Made by a program: the position numbers and the translations under genes. The notes beneath the pieces were generated by a model, which saw only the letters and a program-made list of their open reading frames with translations, searched no databases and was not told the origin of the DNA. Shown piece by piece: positions 39,214-49,394 of a stretch of 64,000 nt of DNA. The stretch is from Bacillota bacterium (GTDB lineage: Bacteria; Bacillota_I; Bacilli_A; RF39; UBA660), in the NCBI GenBank assembly GCA_015059195.1, contig SVAW01000001.1, forward strand, positions 13,939-77,938. Reading direction: 5' to 3'. Position 1 is the stretch's first letter. The number at the start of each line of letters is the position of its first letter.

Positions 39214-40895
39214 ACATAAAAGAAGAAATAAAAAATTTAGTCTATCAAGTGTTAGAGGGTTATGTTGAAAAAGAAAACATTGTAATTGAAAATCCTAAAG
39301 ATAGAAAAATGGGCGATTATGCCTTACCTTGTTTTACTTATGCGAAAGCCATGCATAAATCACCACTGGCAATAGCTGAGGATATTAAGAATGTTTTAAA
39401 TTCAGAACTTTTTGAAAAAGTGGAAGTAGTAAATGGCTATGTAAATGTTTTTATTAACAAAAAGTTATTAACTAAGGAAGTAATTAATCAAATTATTGAC
39501 CACAATAGTAACTTTGGTAATAGTAATATTGGTGAAGGAAAAACAATTGTCATTGATTATTCATCTCCTAATATTGCTAAACCTTTTGGAGTAGGACATT
39601 TAAGAAGTACTGTAATTGGTAATGCTTTAAGAAATATCTGTGAGAAAAATGGCTATAAAGTAATTAGTATTAATTATTTAGGAGATTGGGGAACACAGTT
39701 CGGGAAACTAGTTTATGCTTATAAAAAATGGGGCAATGAAGAAGCAGTTCGCAAGAATCCTATTGATGAGTTAAAAAGATTATATGTTAAATTTCATGAA
39801 GAAGCTGAAAATGATCCGAGTCTAGATGATGAAGGAAGAAAAGCCTTTAAAATGTTAGAAGATAAAGATCCGGAATCACTTAGAATTTGGAAATGGTTTA
39901 GTGAAGAATCTATTAAGGAATTTAATAAGACATATGATTTATTAGGTATTAACAATTTTGATTCTTGGCAAGGAGAGTCTTTCTATAATGATAAAATGGA
40001 TAGAGTTGTAGAAGAATTAGAAAATAAAAATCTTCTTGAAGAAAGCGAAGGAGCCATGATTGTTAAATTAGATGGTGATATTTCGCCAGCTTTAATTAAA
40101 AGAAGTGACGGAGCCACTCTATATATCACGCGTGATTTAGCCGCAGCAATTTATAGAAAAGAAAATTATCAATTTGATGAGGCTTTATATGTAGTTGGTA
40201 ATGAACAAACACTTCATTTTAATCAGCTAAAGCAAGTTCTAACTAAACTTGATTATGATTGGAGTAAGGACGTTCATCACATTCCATTTGGAATGATTTT
40301 ACAAAACGGTAAAAAGATGTCTACACGTCAAGGTAAGAGTGTTAAACTGCATGATGTGTTGGTAGAGGCTATTAGTCTTGCTAATAAATATATTGATGAG
40401 AGAAATAGTAGTATTCCTGATAAAGAAAATATTAGTCATAAAATAGGTGTGGGAGCTGTAATATTTAATGATTTAAAAAATTATAGAACCAATGACATAG
40501 AATTCAATTTAGAAGATATACTAAAGTTTGAGGGAGAAACTGGCCCTTATATCCAATATACATACGCTAGAATTATTTCTTTATTAAATAATAGAAATAA
40601 TCAGGCTGTAAATTTTGATAATGTAAATATTAATGAGTATCAGTGGTATTTAATTTTCAAATTATATCAATTTAAGGATACAGTTATTGCTTCAAAGGTT
40701 AATTATGATCCATCTTTGATTGCTAAATATTTAATTGATATAGCGCAAGATTTTAATAAATGGTATGCTAGCGAAAAGTTTATAGATGAAGCTAAAGAAG
40801 AAACTGAAGCACGTCTTTTAGTAGCGTATGCAACATCTATTATTTTAAAAGAAGGAATGCGCCTTCTGGGAATAGAAGCACTTAACAAAATGTAG
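39210..40895 (+). CDS. argS: Arginine--tRNA ligase
   Basis: DYSSPNIAKPFGVGHLRST, GDWGTQFG, KMSTR, GPYIQY. Confidence 0.97.
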   Translation: MNIKEEIKNLVYQVLEGYVEKENIVIENPKDRKMGDYALPCFTYAKAMHKSPLAIAEDIKNVLNSELFEKVEVVNGYVNVFINKKLLTKEVINQIIDHNSNFGNSNIGEGKTIVIDYSSPNIAKPFGVGHLRSTVIGNALRNICEKNGYKVISINYLGDWGTQFGKLVYAYKKWGNEEAVRKNPIDELKRLYVKFHEEAENDPSLDDEGRKAFKMLEDKDPESLRIWKWFSEESIKEFNKTYDLLGINNFDSWQGESFYNDKMDRVVEELENKNLLEESEGAMIVKLDGDISPALIKRSDGATLYITRDLAAAIYRKENYQFDEALYVVGNEQTLHFNQLKQVLTKLDYDWSKDVHHIPFGMILQNGKKMSTRQGKSVKLHDVLVEAISLANKYIDERNSSIPDKENISHKIGVGAVIFNDLKNYRTNDIEFNLEDILKFEGETGPYIQYTYARIISLLNNRNNQAVNFDNVNINEYQWYLIFKLYQFKDTVIASKVNYDPSLIAKYLIDIAQDFNKWYASEKFIDEAKEETEARLLVAYATSIILKEGMRLLGIEALNKM

Positions 40896-40904
40896 GAGGT
40901 CATT

Positions 40905-41351
40905 ATGAAATTAAAAAATATGAAATTAGAGGAATTAGAATTACTATCTTATTCTGATTTAACTTATAGAATTTTGAAAGAAGAAAAAAGTACTATGAAT
41001 ACACCTGCAATTTTTAATATTATTTGTGATTTGTTGGGATATTCAGAAGATGATTTTGCTTCTAAAATAGGAGATTATTATACAGCTTTAAATAACGACA
41101 AAAGATTTGTTATGTTAGATAGTGGAGAATGGGATATTAGAGATAATCACGCTATCGATATTTCTTTAGAAGAGGATGATGAGGAAGAACTAGCTTCTGA
41201 AGAAGAGGAATTAGAGGAAGAATTAGAAGACGAAGATGAGATGGAAGAAGATAATATCGATATGGCCATGGATGATGATTTAGATGATGAGGACGATGAC
41301 CTAGATGATTTAGCTGTTTTAGATGAAGAAGAATTAGAAGATAATGAATAA
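40905..41351 (+). CDS. rpoE: RNA polymerase delta subunit
   Basis: YYTALN.DKRFV....EWDIR followed by an acidic D/E tail. Confidence 0.9.
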   Translation: MKLKNMKLEELELLSYSDLTYRILKEEKSTMNTPAIFNIICDLLGYSEDDFASKIGDYYTALNNDKRFVMLDSGEWDIRDNHAIDISLEEDDEEELASEEEELEEELEDEDEMEEDNIDMAMDDDLDDEDDDLDDLAVLDEEELEDNE

Positions 41352-41374
41352 TAGTGGCGCGTCCACTATTTTTT
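41350..41374 (+). terminator. Rho-independent terminator
   Basis: AATAGTGG-CGCGT-CCACTATT plus T run. Confidence 0.7.
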
Positions 41375-41450
41375 ATTAGTATTATTCTAAATAAATTGCG
41401 AAAAAAATATATTTATAGTATAATTTTGATTAGTCGAAAGGAAGATTTTT

Positions 41451-42506
41451 GTGATAGACAGATTAGAAGCGATAGAAGCTAGATATAATGAATTAACTAA
41501 TTTATTAACACAACCAGAAATTATTTCTGATATTAAAAAAACTTTGGAATTAACAAAAGAACAAGCTTCTTTAAGAGAAGGGTATGAAGTTTATAATAAA
41601 TATAAAACTTTAATTGACGATATAGAGGCTGCTAAAGAGATGAGTAAAGATCCAGAAATGGTTGAATTTGCTCGTGAGGAATTAGAAAATTTAAACTTAG
41701 AAAAAGAAAAAATCGAAAAGGAAATAGAAATAATTCTTCTTCCCAAGGACCCTAATGATGGTAAGAATGTTATCGTTGAAATTAGAGGTGCAGCAGGTGG
41801 GGATGAAGCTAATATCTTTGCTGGTGATTTATATCGTATGTATACTAGATATGCAGAAAAACAAGGCTGGAAGTCTGAGGTGTTAGATAGTGAAGATTGT
41901 GCGGCTGGCGGATTTTCTCAAATTGAATTCATGATTAAAGGAGATAATGTTTATTCAAAATTAAAATATGAATCTGGTGCACACCGCGTACAAAGAGTTC
42001 CAGTAACTGAAGCCAATGGTAGAATTCAAACTTCAACCGCAACAGTTTTAGTAATGCCGGAAGCAGAGGAGTTAGATTTTGAATTAGATATGTCAGAGGT
42101 TAGAATAGATATTACTCGTTCATCTGGATGCGGAGGGCAAGGGGTAAACACAACTGATTCAGCAGTTCGATTAACTCATATACCAACCGGTGTTATTGTT
42201 TATTCGCAAACAGAAAGAAGTCAAATTAAAAACAAGGAAAAAGCTATTCAAATTTTAAAAACTAGATTATATGATTTAAAACTGCGTGAAAAAGAGGAAG
42301 CAGAAGGTGCAGAGCGTAGAAGTAAAATTGGCAGTGGCGATAGATCAGAAAAAATTAGAACATATAATTATCCGCAAAATCGTGTAACAGATCACCGTAT
42401 TGGTTTCACTACTAAGCAATTAGACCGTGTTATGGATGGAGCTTTAGATGAAGTTGTTGAGGCTCTTATTACTGAAGATCAAAATAGAAAACTTAAAGGT
42501 GAATAA
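41451..42506 (+). CDS. prfA: Peptide chain release factor 1
   Basis: GGDEA, HRVQRVPVT (PxT), GGQ, RSEKIRTYN. Confidence 0.97.
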   Translation: MIDRLEAIEARYNELTNLLTQPEIISDIKKTLELTKEQASLREGYEVYNKYKTLIDDIEAAKEMSKDPEMVEFAREELENLNLEKEKIEKEIEIILLPKDPNDGKNVIVEIRGAAGGDEANIFAGDLYRMYTRYAEKQGWKSEVLDSEDCAAGGFSQIEFMIKGDNVYSKLKYESGAHRVQRVPVTEANGRIQTSTATVLVMPEAEELDFELDMSEVRIDITRSSGCGGQGVNTTDSAVRLTHIPTGVIVYSQTERSQIKNKEKAIQILKTRLYDLKLREKEEAEGAERRSKIGSGDRSEKIRTYNYPQNRVTDHRIGFTTKQLDRVMDGALDEVVEALITEDQNRKLKGE

Positions 42507-42649
42507 TTTTAAAAAGTTTCTTAATATTTGATAATGTACTTAATTCACCTAATTCAAGCAGAGTTAGGTGAATTTATTTTTTGTTTGATATATAAATGTA
42601 TAATTAGTAATGTCTAGTTTATAATAAAGATTATCTTTTAGGAGGAAAT

Positions 42650-43369
42650 ATGACTGATATAGAATACTTGAAAAAATATTTGCCAGAGGAAAAATTTGAA
42701 TCAGGGTTAAAACGCTTAGAAAAGGGAGAACCGGTTCAATATATTGTTGGAAATGTTGATTTTTATGGTTATACATTTAAAGTTAACCCATGTGTTTTAA
42801 TCCCCAGATTTGAAACAGAAGAATTAGTTTCTAAAACAATTGAATATGCGGATGCCGTTTTTAAGGAACCGTTTAAAGCGGTTGACTTGGGTACAGGAAG
42901 TGGCTGTATTGCTATAACCTTAAAGAAAAAGTTAGGAAATAAAATAAATATAAGCGCTGTAGATATTTCTAAAGATGCCCTTGAAGTAGCAAAATTAAAT
43001 GCTAAAGAAAATGATGCAGATATAAGTTTTTATCACGGTGACATGCTTGAACCGTTAGACGAGAAATTTGACTTATTAATTAGTAATCCACCATATATCA
43101 AAAAAGATGAAGAAATCATGAAAATAGTTAAAGAAAATGAACCAAGTATAGCCTTATATGCAGATAATGAGGGACTTGCTAATTATGAAAAAATATTAAG
43201 TTCAGCTAAAAAATATTTGAATCAAAAGAATATAATGGCTTTTGAAATAGGTTGGTGGCAGGGTGAAAGAGTTGTTGAAATAGCAAGAAATTATTTTCCT
43301 AATGCTTTAATTAGAGTTGAAAAAGATATGCAAGATAAAGACCGGTTCGTATTTATTTTTAATAAATAA
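42650..43369 (+). CDS. prmC: Release factor glutamine methyltransferase
   Basis: LIPRFETEEL, DLGTGSGCI, SNPPYI; follows prfA. Confidence 0.93.
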   Translation: MTDIEYLKKYLPEEKFESGLKRLEKGEPVQYIVGNVDFYGYTFKVNPCVLIPRFETEELVSKTIEYADAVFKEPFKAVDLGTGSGCIAITLKKKLGNKINISAVDISKDALEVAKLNAKENDADISFYHGDMLEPLDEKFDLLISNPPYIKKDEEIMKIVKENEPSIALYADNEGLANYEKILSSAKKYLNQKNIMAFEIGWWQGERVVEIARNYFPNALIRVEKDMQDKDRFVFIFNK

Positions 43370-43498
43370 ATTGGATGCTAAGTGTAATGCAATATAACTC
43401 TTAAATAAGGAGTATAAATTATTGAAAAAGTATTTTGAATACTTTTTTTTTATGTTAAAATAATGTATATAGTGTTAAGAAGTTAAGGGTGATTTTAT

Positions 43499-46400
43499 AT
43501 GAGTGAAAAATTAGAAATTCTTTTACAACAAATTGGTTATTCTAAAGATAATTATTCTAATTTTGATGGGGCTGTTTTAGATGTTATCAAAGGTAATAAG
43601 GAAAAAGATAAATATGTATTTTTTGTAAGTTTAAAAACACCTTTAAAAATAGATGCCTATCAAGAGTTTGTTACCCAACTTCCTTTAGCGTTTCCAACAA
43701 TAAAATATGTATCTGCCAATTTTACTGTGTCAACATTTGATCAAGAAAGTGTAAAGGACTATTATAATTATTTTATGAATATTTATATAAAAGATAACCC
43801 TCTTTTAGAAATGTTTAAAGATAATAAAATTATGGTGGAAAATAATTCTTTAAAAATAGAGGTCGCAAATCTTGCTGAAAAGATGAAATTTAGCAGTATT
43901 ACCGCAATGTTATTAGAAGATTTAGATAAAGCCGGATTTAAAAATTTCCAAATTATAATCGATATTAATTCTGAAATTAATAATGAGATTGATGAAGAAA
44001 TCAAGCAAAGTTTAAATGTTGAAGTCCCAGAAAAAAAAGATGATAATAAAGTAAAAACTGAAAAGCCAGTTTACAGTAGACAAAATAAAAAAAGTGATGA
44101 TCCTAATGTAGTTATGGGAAGACCTATTGATGGAGCTATTACTAATATTAATAATATAATTGCTGAAGTAGATAATATAATTATTGAAGGACATGTTTTT
44201 GGGGTGGATTATTTTGAATCACCTAAAACAAATTTTAAAATAATAACTTTAAAAATAACTGATTATACCGATAGTTTGTATTGTAAAGTTTTCGCTAGAG
44301 AAGATGATGAATATAGCAAATTAAAGAAGTCATTAAAAGTGGGTAACTGGTTTAAAATTAGGGGATATGTAAAAAATGATATGTATGCGAAAGAACTAGT
44401 TTTAAATGCAAGGGATATTAACGTTATTGAAAATAAAAGTGAGAAAATAGTTGATGATGCAGAAGTAAAGAGAGTAGAATTACACGCTCATACTATGATG
44501 AGCCAAATGGATGCCGTAACGAAACTAGATTTAGGCAAGCATACATGTGAACTTGTAAGTCGTGCAATAGAAATGGGCTATAGAGGTGTTGCTATTACAG
44601 ATCATAATGGGTGTCAAGCTTTTCCGATTGCTTTTGGTATTATTAATTCATACAATAAGAAAATAGAAGATCCTGATAAAAAATTTAAAGGATTATATGG
44701 GGTTGAGCTAACATTAGTAGATGATACTATAAATATTGTTATTAGACCAACCGATGATAGATTAGAAAATACCACATTTGTTGTTTTTGACACAGAAACA
44801 ACAGGCTTTAATGCGGCTGGTGGAGATCAAATGATTGAAATTGGAGCAGTTAAAATTTGTAATGGTACTATTGTTGATAGGTTTGATGAACTAATTAATC
44901 CTGGAAGACCTATCCCACAAAAGATTGTAGAACTGACTTGTATTACTGATGAAATGGTCCAAGGAAAAGATGATGAAGAGACAGTAACAAAAAGATTTTT
45001 AGATTGGGCAGGGGACTCTCCAATGGTTGCGCACAACGCTAAATTTGATATTTCATTTCTTGAAATGGCTATGAAAAAATATAATTTAGGAGAATTTAAA
45101 AATACAGTAATAGATACTCTAGAACTTTCTAGAACATTAGATCAAGGTTTTGCACGTCACGGGTTATCTGCGTTAGTAAAAAGATATAATGTTCCTTGGG
45201 AAGAGGATGCTCATCACAGAGCCGATTATGATGCTGAAGGAACGGCATTAGTATTTAGTAAAATGATCCAAAAATTAAATGCTCAAAACTATGAGAAGAT
45301 AAGTGATTTAGAACGACTTGTTTCTAAAGATGAAATTCATAAATTTGGTCGTACATATCATTTTAATGCTATTGCAAAAAATAAGACGGGTATTAAAAAT
45401 TTGTTTAAAATTATTTCTCTTGCCAACACTACTTATTTATATAAAACACCACGTATTTTACGTAGTAAATTAGAAGAACTAAGAGAAGGCTTACTTATTG
45501 GAAGTGGTTGTTACGAATCAGAGGTATTTAGAGAGGCCAGAAGTAAAGAGGGTCAAGAGCTAACTAATATTATTAATTTTTATGATTATGTTGAGGTACA
45601 ACCTCCAGAAGTATATCATCATTTAATTCAAACTACTGACTTTAGTAGTGAAATAGAGTTGCAAAATCATATTAAAAAAGTAGTAGATGCTACTATAGAT
45701 GCTGGCAAATTGATTGTTGCAACAGGTGATGTTCACCATTTTGAACGTGGCGATAAAATTTATCGTGAAATAATAATTAACCAAAAAGTACCGGGCGGTG
45801 GAAGGCATCCTTTATCTAAAAAAGATATTACTAAAATTCCTTCACAACATTTTAGAACTACTAATGAGATGTTAAGTGATTTTAACTTTTTAGATGTGAA
45901 TTTAGCTTATCAAATTGTTGTTACTAATCCTAACAAAATAGTTGATATGGTAGAAGAAATTGAAGTAATAATAGATACAGGTGGAATACCTTTCTCACCA
46001 CGAGTAAAAAGTGATGATGGGCAAAGTTATTTAGACTGCCCGCGTGTAGTTACTGATTTAGTATATAACAAAGCTAGCGATTGGTATGGCAATCCTTTAC
46101 CATACAATATTGAAGAACGTATAGCAAAAGAATTATATGGAGATATTGTTTATAGATGTTGTAATGAAACAATCAAAGAAGCATCTCCAAATATTAATGA
46201 TGAGGAATTAGAAAAACAAACATTTGATAAAATGCATAATGTTATCCTACTAGGTTTTGAAGCAGTTAAAGACATGTTAAGAGAGTATTTAAAAAATAAA
46301 TGGACTGAAGATGATGGAGAATTAACCGAAAAATCATTAGATAAAAAATTAAAGAAAGAACTTGGTGGAATCATTGGCGGTGGATTTGATCCAATATACT

Positions 46401-48151
46401 TGATTTCACAAAGACTAGTAAAACACTCTAATGACGATGGCTATTTAGTAGGTTCACGTGGTTCTGTAGGGTCTAGTTTTGTAGCCACTATGATGGGAAT
46501 TACAGAGGTTAACCCGCTATCTGCACACTATCGTTGTTTAAATTGTAAAAAAAGCATTTTTGAACATGAAGATGGTAAATCTTTAGGAGCGGATTATTCA
46601 AGTGGTTTTGACTTACCAGATAAAAAATGTCCTAATTGTGGTGAAAACATGTATAAAGATGGTCAGGACATGCCATTTGCAACATTCTTGGGATTTAATG
46701 CTGATAAAGTACCGGATATTGACCTTAACTTTTCCGATCTAAACCAGGCTTCAGCACACGAATATACGAAAGTGTTATTTGGCGTAGATAATGTTTATCG
46801 AGCTGGGACTATTGGTACTGTTGCTGATAAAACTGCCTTTGGTTATGTTAAGGGTTATTGTGAAGATAAAGGCATTAATATGCGCACGGCAGAGGTAGAA
46901 CGACTAGCTATGGGCTGTACTGGGGTTAAACGTACTACAGGGCAACATCCGGGGGGGATAGTTGTAGTACCGGATTATATGGATGTTTCGGATTTTACCC
47001 CATTTCAATATCCAGCAGATGATCCGACTTCTCCTTGGAGAACAACACATTTTGATTATCATGCTATTGATCAAGATTTATTGAAACTAGATATTCTGGG
47101 TCATTCTGATCCAACGCAGCTTCGGATGATTCAAGATTTAACAAAGACCGATATTCTAAAGGTGCCTATGGATGATAAAGATACGATGAGTATATTTACT
47201 TCTACTAAGGCCTTGGGAGTTACTAATGAACAAATAATGTGTGAAACAGGAACTTTAGGTATTCCTGAGTTTGGTACACCATTTACTGTTGGAATGGTAG
47301 CAGAAACAAAACCAACTACATTCGCAGAATTAGTTAAAATTTCAGGACTTTCACATGGAACTGATGTGTGGCTAGGAAATGCTCAAGAATTGATTAAAAA
47401 TAATATTGTGCCATTTAAAGAGGTTATTGGTTGTCGTGATGACATTATGGTTTATTTAATGTATCATGGTGTAGCACCAATTAAAGCTTTTAAAATTATG
47501 GAGTTCGTGCGTAAGGGTAAAGCCAGCAAAGAACCGGAAGCCTGGGCAGGCCATAAAGAAACAATGGAAAAAGCAGGAATTGAAAAATGGTATATAGATT
47601 CATGTGAAAAAATTAAATACATGTTCCCAAAAGCTCATGCAGTGGCTTACGTTACAAGTGCTTTTAGGATTGCTTGGTATAAAGTACATATGCCAGTATA
47701 CTTTTATGCGTCATGGTTAACATCAAAAGCAACAGATGTAGACGTTGAAACTATGATTAAAGGATATGATGCTATAAAAGCTAAAATAATAGAAATTCAA
47801 AGTAAGGGCCATGATGCATCAAATAAAGAATTAGGGCAACTTGAAAGTTTAAAAGTGTGTCTTGAAGCAACAGCTCGAGGAATTAGCTTCTTACCTATAG
47901 AACTAGATAAAAGTGATGCAACTGTTTGGGGAGTTAGAGATGATAAGTCAATATATCCGCCTTTCGCATCTATTGAAGGACTTGGAGATACAGTTGCTAA
48001 TAAAATAGTTGAGGAAAGGGAAAAAGGGCAATTCTTAAGTATTGAAGATTTACAAAAACGTGGTAAAGTATCTGGAACTTTAATCGATAAAATGCGTTTA
48101 ATGGGGATATTAGAAGGATTAGATGAATCTAGTCAACTTAGTTTATTCTAA
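43499..48151 (+). CDS. polC: DNA polymerase III PolC-type alpha subunit
   Basis: ELHAHT PHP, FDTETTG exonuclease, GSRGSVGSS, PDIDLNFS, YMFPKAHA. Confidence 0.97.
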   Translation: MSEKLEILLQQIGYSKDNYSNFDGAVLDVIKGNKEKDKYVFFVSLKTPLKIDAYQEFVTQLPLAFPTIKYVSANFTVSTFDQESVKDYYNYFMNIYIKDNPLLEMFKDNKIMVENNSLKIEVANLAEKMKFSSITAMLLEDLDKAGFKNFQIIIDINSEINNEIDEEIKQSLNVEVPEKKDDNKVKTEKPVYSRQNKKSDDPNVVMGRPIDGAITNINNIIAEVDNIIIEGHVFGVDYFESPKTNFKIITLKITDYTDSLYCKVFAREDDEYSKLKKSLKVGNWFKIRGYVKNDMYAKELVLNARDINVIENKSEKIVDDAEVKRVELHAHTMMSQMDAVTKLDLGKHTCELVSRAIEMGYRGVAITDHNGCQAFPIAFGIINSYNKKIEDPDKKFKGLYGVELTLVDDTINIVIRPTDDRLENTTFVVFDTETTGFNAAGGDQMIEIGAVKICNGTIVDRFDELINPGRPIPQKIVELTCITDEMVQGKDDEETVTKRFLDWAGDSPMVAHNAKFDISFLEMAMKKYNLGEFKNTVIDTLELSRTLDQGFARHGLSALVKRYNVPWEEDAHHRADYDAEGTALVFSKMIQKLNAQNYEKISDLERLVSKDEIHKFGRTYHFNAIAKNKTGIKNLFKIISLANTTYLYKTPRILRSKLEELREGLLIGSGCYESEVFREARSKEGQELTNIINFYDYVEVQPPEVYHHLIQTTDFSSEIELQNHIKKVVDATIDAGKLIVATGDVHHFERGDKIYREIIINQKVPGGGRHPLSKKDITKIPSQHFRTTNEMLSDFNFLDVNLAYQIVVTNPNKIVDMVEEIEVIIDTGGIPFSPRVKSDDGQSYLDCPRVVTDLVYNKASDWYGNPLPYNIEERIAKELYGDIVYRCCNETIKEASPNINDEELEKQTFDKMHNVILLGFEAVKDMLREYLKNKWTEDDGELTEKSLDKKLKKELGGIIGGGFDPIYLISQRLVKHSNDDGYLVGSRGSVGSSFVATMMGITEVNPLSAHYRCLNCKKSIFEHEDGKSLGADYSSGFDLPDKKCPNCGENMYKDGQDMPFATFLGFNADKVPDIDLNFSDLNQASAHEYTKVLFGVDNVYRAGTIGTVADKTAFGYVKGYCEDKGINMRTAEVERLAMGCTGVKRTTGQHPGGIVVVPDYMDVSDFTPFQYPADDPTSPWRTTHFDYHAIDQDLLKLDILGHSDPTQLRMIQDLTKTDILKVPMDDKDTMSIFTSTKALGVTNEQIMCETGTLGIPEFGTPFTVGMVAETKPTTFAELVKISGLSHGTDVWLGNAQELIKNNIVPFKEVIGCRDDIMVYLMYHGVAPIKAFKIMEFVRKGKASKEPEAWAGHKETMEKAGIEKWYIDSCEKIKYMFPKAHAVAYVTSAFRIAWYKVHMPVYFYASWLTSKATDVDVETMIKGYDAIKAKIIEIQSKGHDASNKELGQLESLKVCLEATARGISFLPIELDKSDATVWGVRDDKSIYPPFASIEGLGDTVANKIVEEREKGQFLSIEDLQKRGKVSGTLIDKMRLMGILEGLDESSQLSLF

Positions 48152-48184
48152 AATAAAGAACTTGAAATTTTCAAGTTCTTTATT

Positions 48185-49126
48185 TTATACTTCAAATGTA
48201 GTATCATCTATAAATTTATATTTAGTTTTATATTTTAATTGTCTTATAAGACGAAATAAGGCTTCATCTTTAGCTTTAGCTTCTATCATAATGTCTAAAT
48301 CCAAGTTTAGGTGTTTAATCTCTTCGATAAACAAAATAAAACTATCGACATTAATATACTCGTGATGACTTCTTATATCTTTTTTTGTGTTATTTTTAGG
48401 TGAGGAAAAGTGAATTTTCGGCTTTGTGATTTTCCAAGTAGAAAATATTTCTGTGTAGTAATTATTAATATCTATATTGTCTTTATTGCATATATAATGA
48501 TGATAATCTAAAACCATGGGTCTATCAATTTTTTTACAAATATTTAAGGTATCTACGATATTAAATATTTTATCATCATTTTCTACTACAATGCACTTCT
48601 TTAAATATTCTGGGAGTTTATTAAAATTATTTATAAAACGAATCATCGAAGCTTTTTTACCAAAGACATTACTACCGATATGTAAAATTAAAATTTTTTC
48701 TTTAACGTCTAATGCTTCTAAAACATTATAATGATACTTTAATATTTCTAAGGCATTTTCTAGTACTTCTTTTTTAGTACTGTTTAAAACGGTGAACTGA
48801 TCTGGATGCATATCAACTCTCATGTTGTGGTTTTTAATTTTAGTTCCAATTTGTTGATATAGCCTACGATAGTTATCGGTGTAATTAAAATTTATTTCTT
48901 TCAAGGTTGCTAATGGGATAAGGTTAGAAGAGATTCTATAAAAATGAATGTTATTTTTTATATTATAATCAATAATCTGATTTAAAGATTCTAAATTTAG
49001 ATTAATAATATTAGTTAATTTTTGATAGTCGTTGTTTGATTTTAAAAAAGTAGAGTAGTTTAAACTATGAGAAGAAGTAATATCTAGTGTTTTACTTAAA
49101 GCAACATATCCTAATCTTACTATCAT
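48185..49126 (-). CDS. uvsE: UV DNA damage endonuclease
   Basis: RLGYV, FYRISS, HPDQF, ENDD, DYHH, KIHFSS, MIEAKAKD. Confidence 0.93.
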   Translation of the reverse strand: MIVRLGYVALSKTLDITSSHSLNYSTFLKSNNDYQKLTNIINLNLESLNQIIDYNIKNNIHFYRISSNLIPLATLKEINFNYTDNYRRLYQQIGTKIKNHNMRVDMHPDQFTVLNSTKKEVLENALEILKYHYNVLEALDVKEKILILHIGSNVFGKKASMIRFINNFNKLPEYLKKCIVVENDDKIFNIVDTLNICKKIDRPMVLDYHHYICNKDNIDINNYYTEIFSTWKITKPKIHFSSPKNNTKKDIRSHHEYINVDSFILFIEEIKHLNLDLDIMIEAKAKDEALFRLIRQLKYKTKYKFIDDTTFEV

Positions 49127-49394
49127 CTATATCACCAATATTAATATGCTCCTAAAAAGTATTAATATAAAAGAAATCCACCTAACTCAGAAATGATTTA
49201 GTTGGAACCCAATTTGTGGTAGCACAGCAATATTAAGCAGTCTCTTTTATTTTATGAAATTTTTCACTACATACAAATAACATAAACATATTATTTTATC
49301 AAGATGCTTTAAAGATACAATTAATATTATACTAGGTGCAAAAATTGGATGAGAAATGAAAGTAGGCGTGTTATAATAATATATAGGTGATATA

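Noticed and set aside
41170-41348. Low-complexity GAA/GAT repeat-like stretch
   Set aside because: Encodes the normal acidic tail of the RNA polymerase delta subunit.
46130-46360. Intein in PolC
   Set aside because: Too short and lacks intein splice-junction motifs; kept only as a plain insertion.
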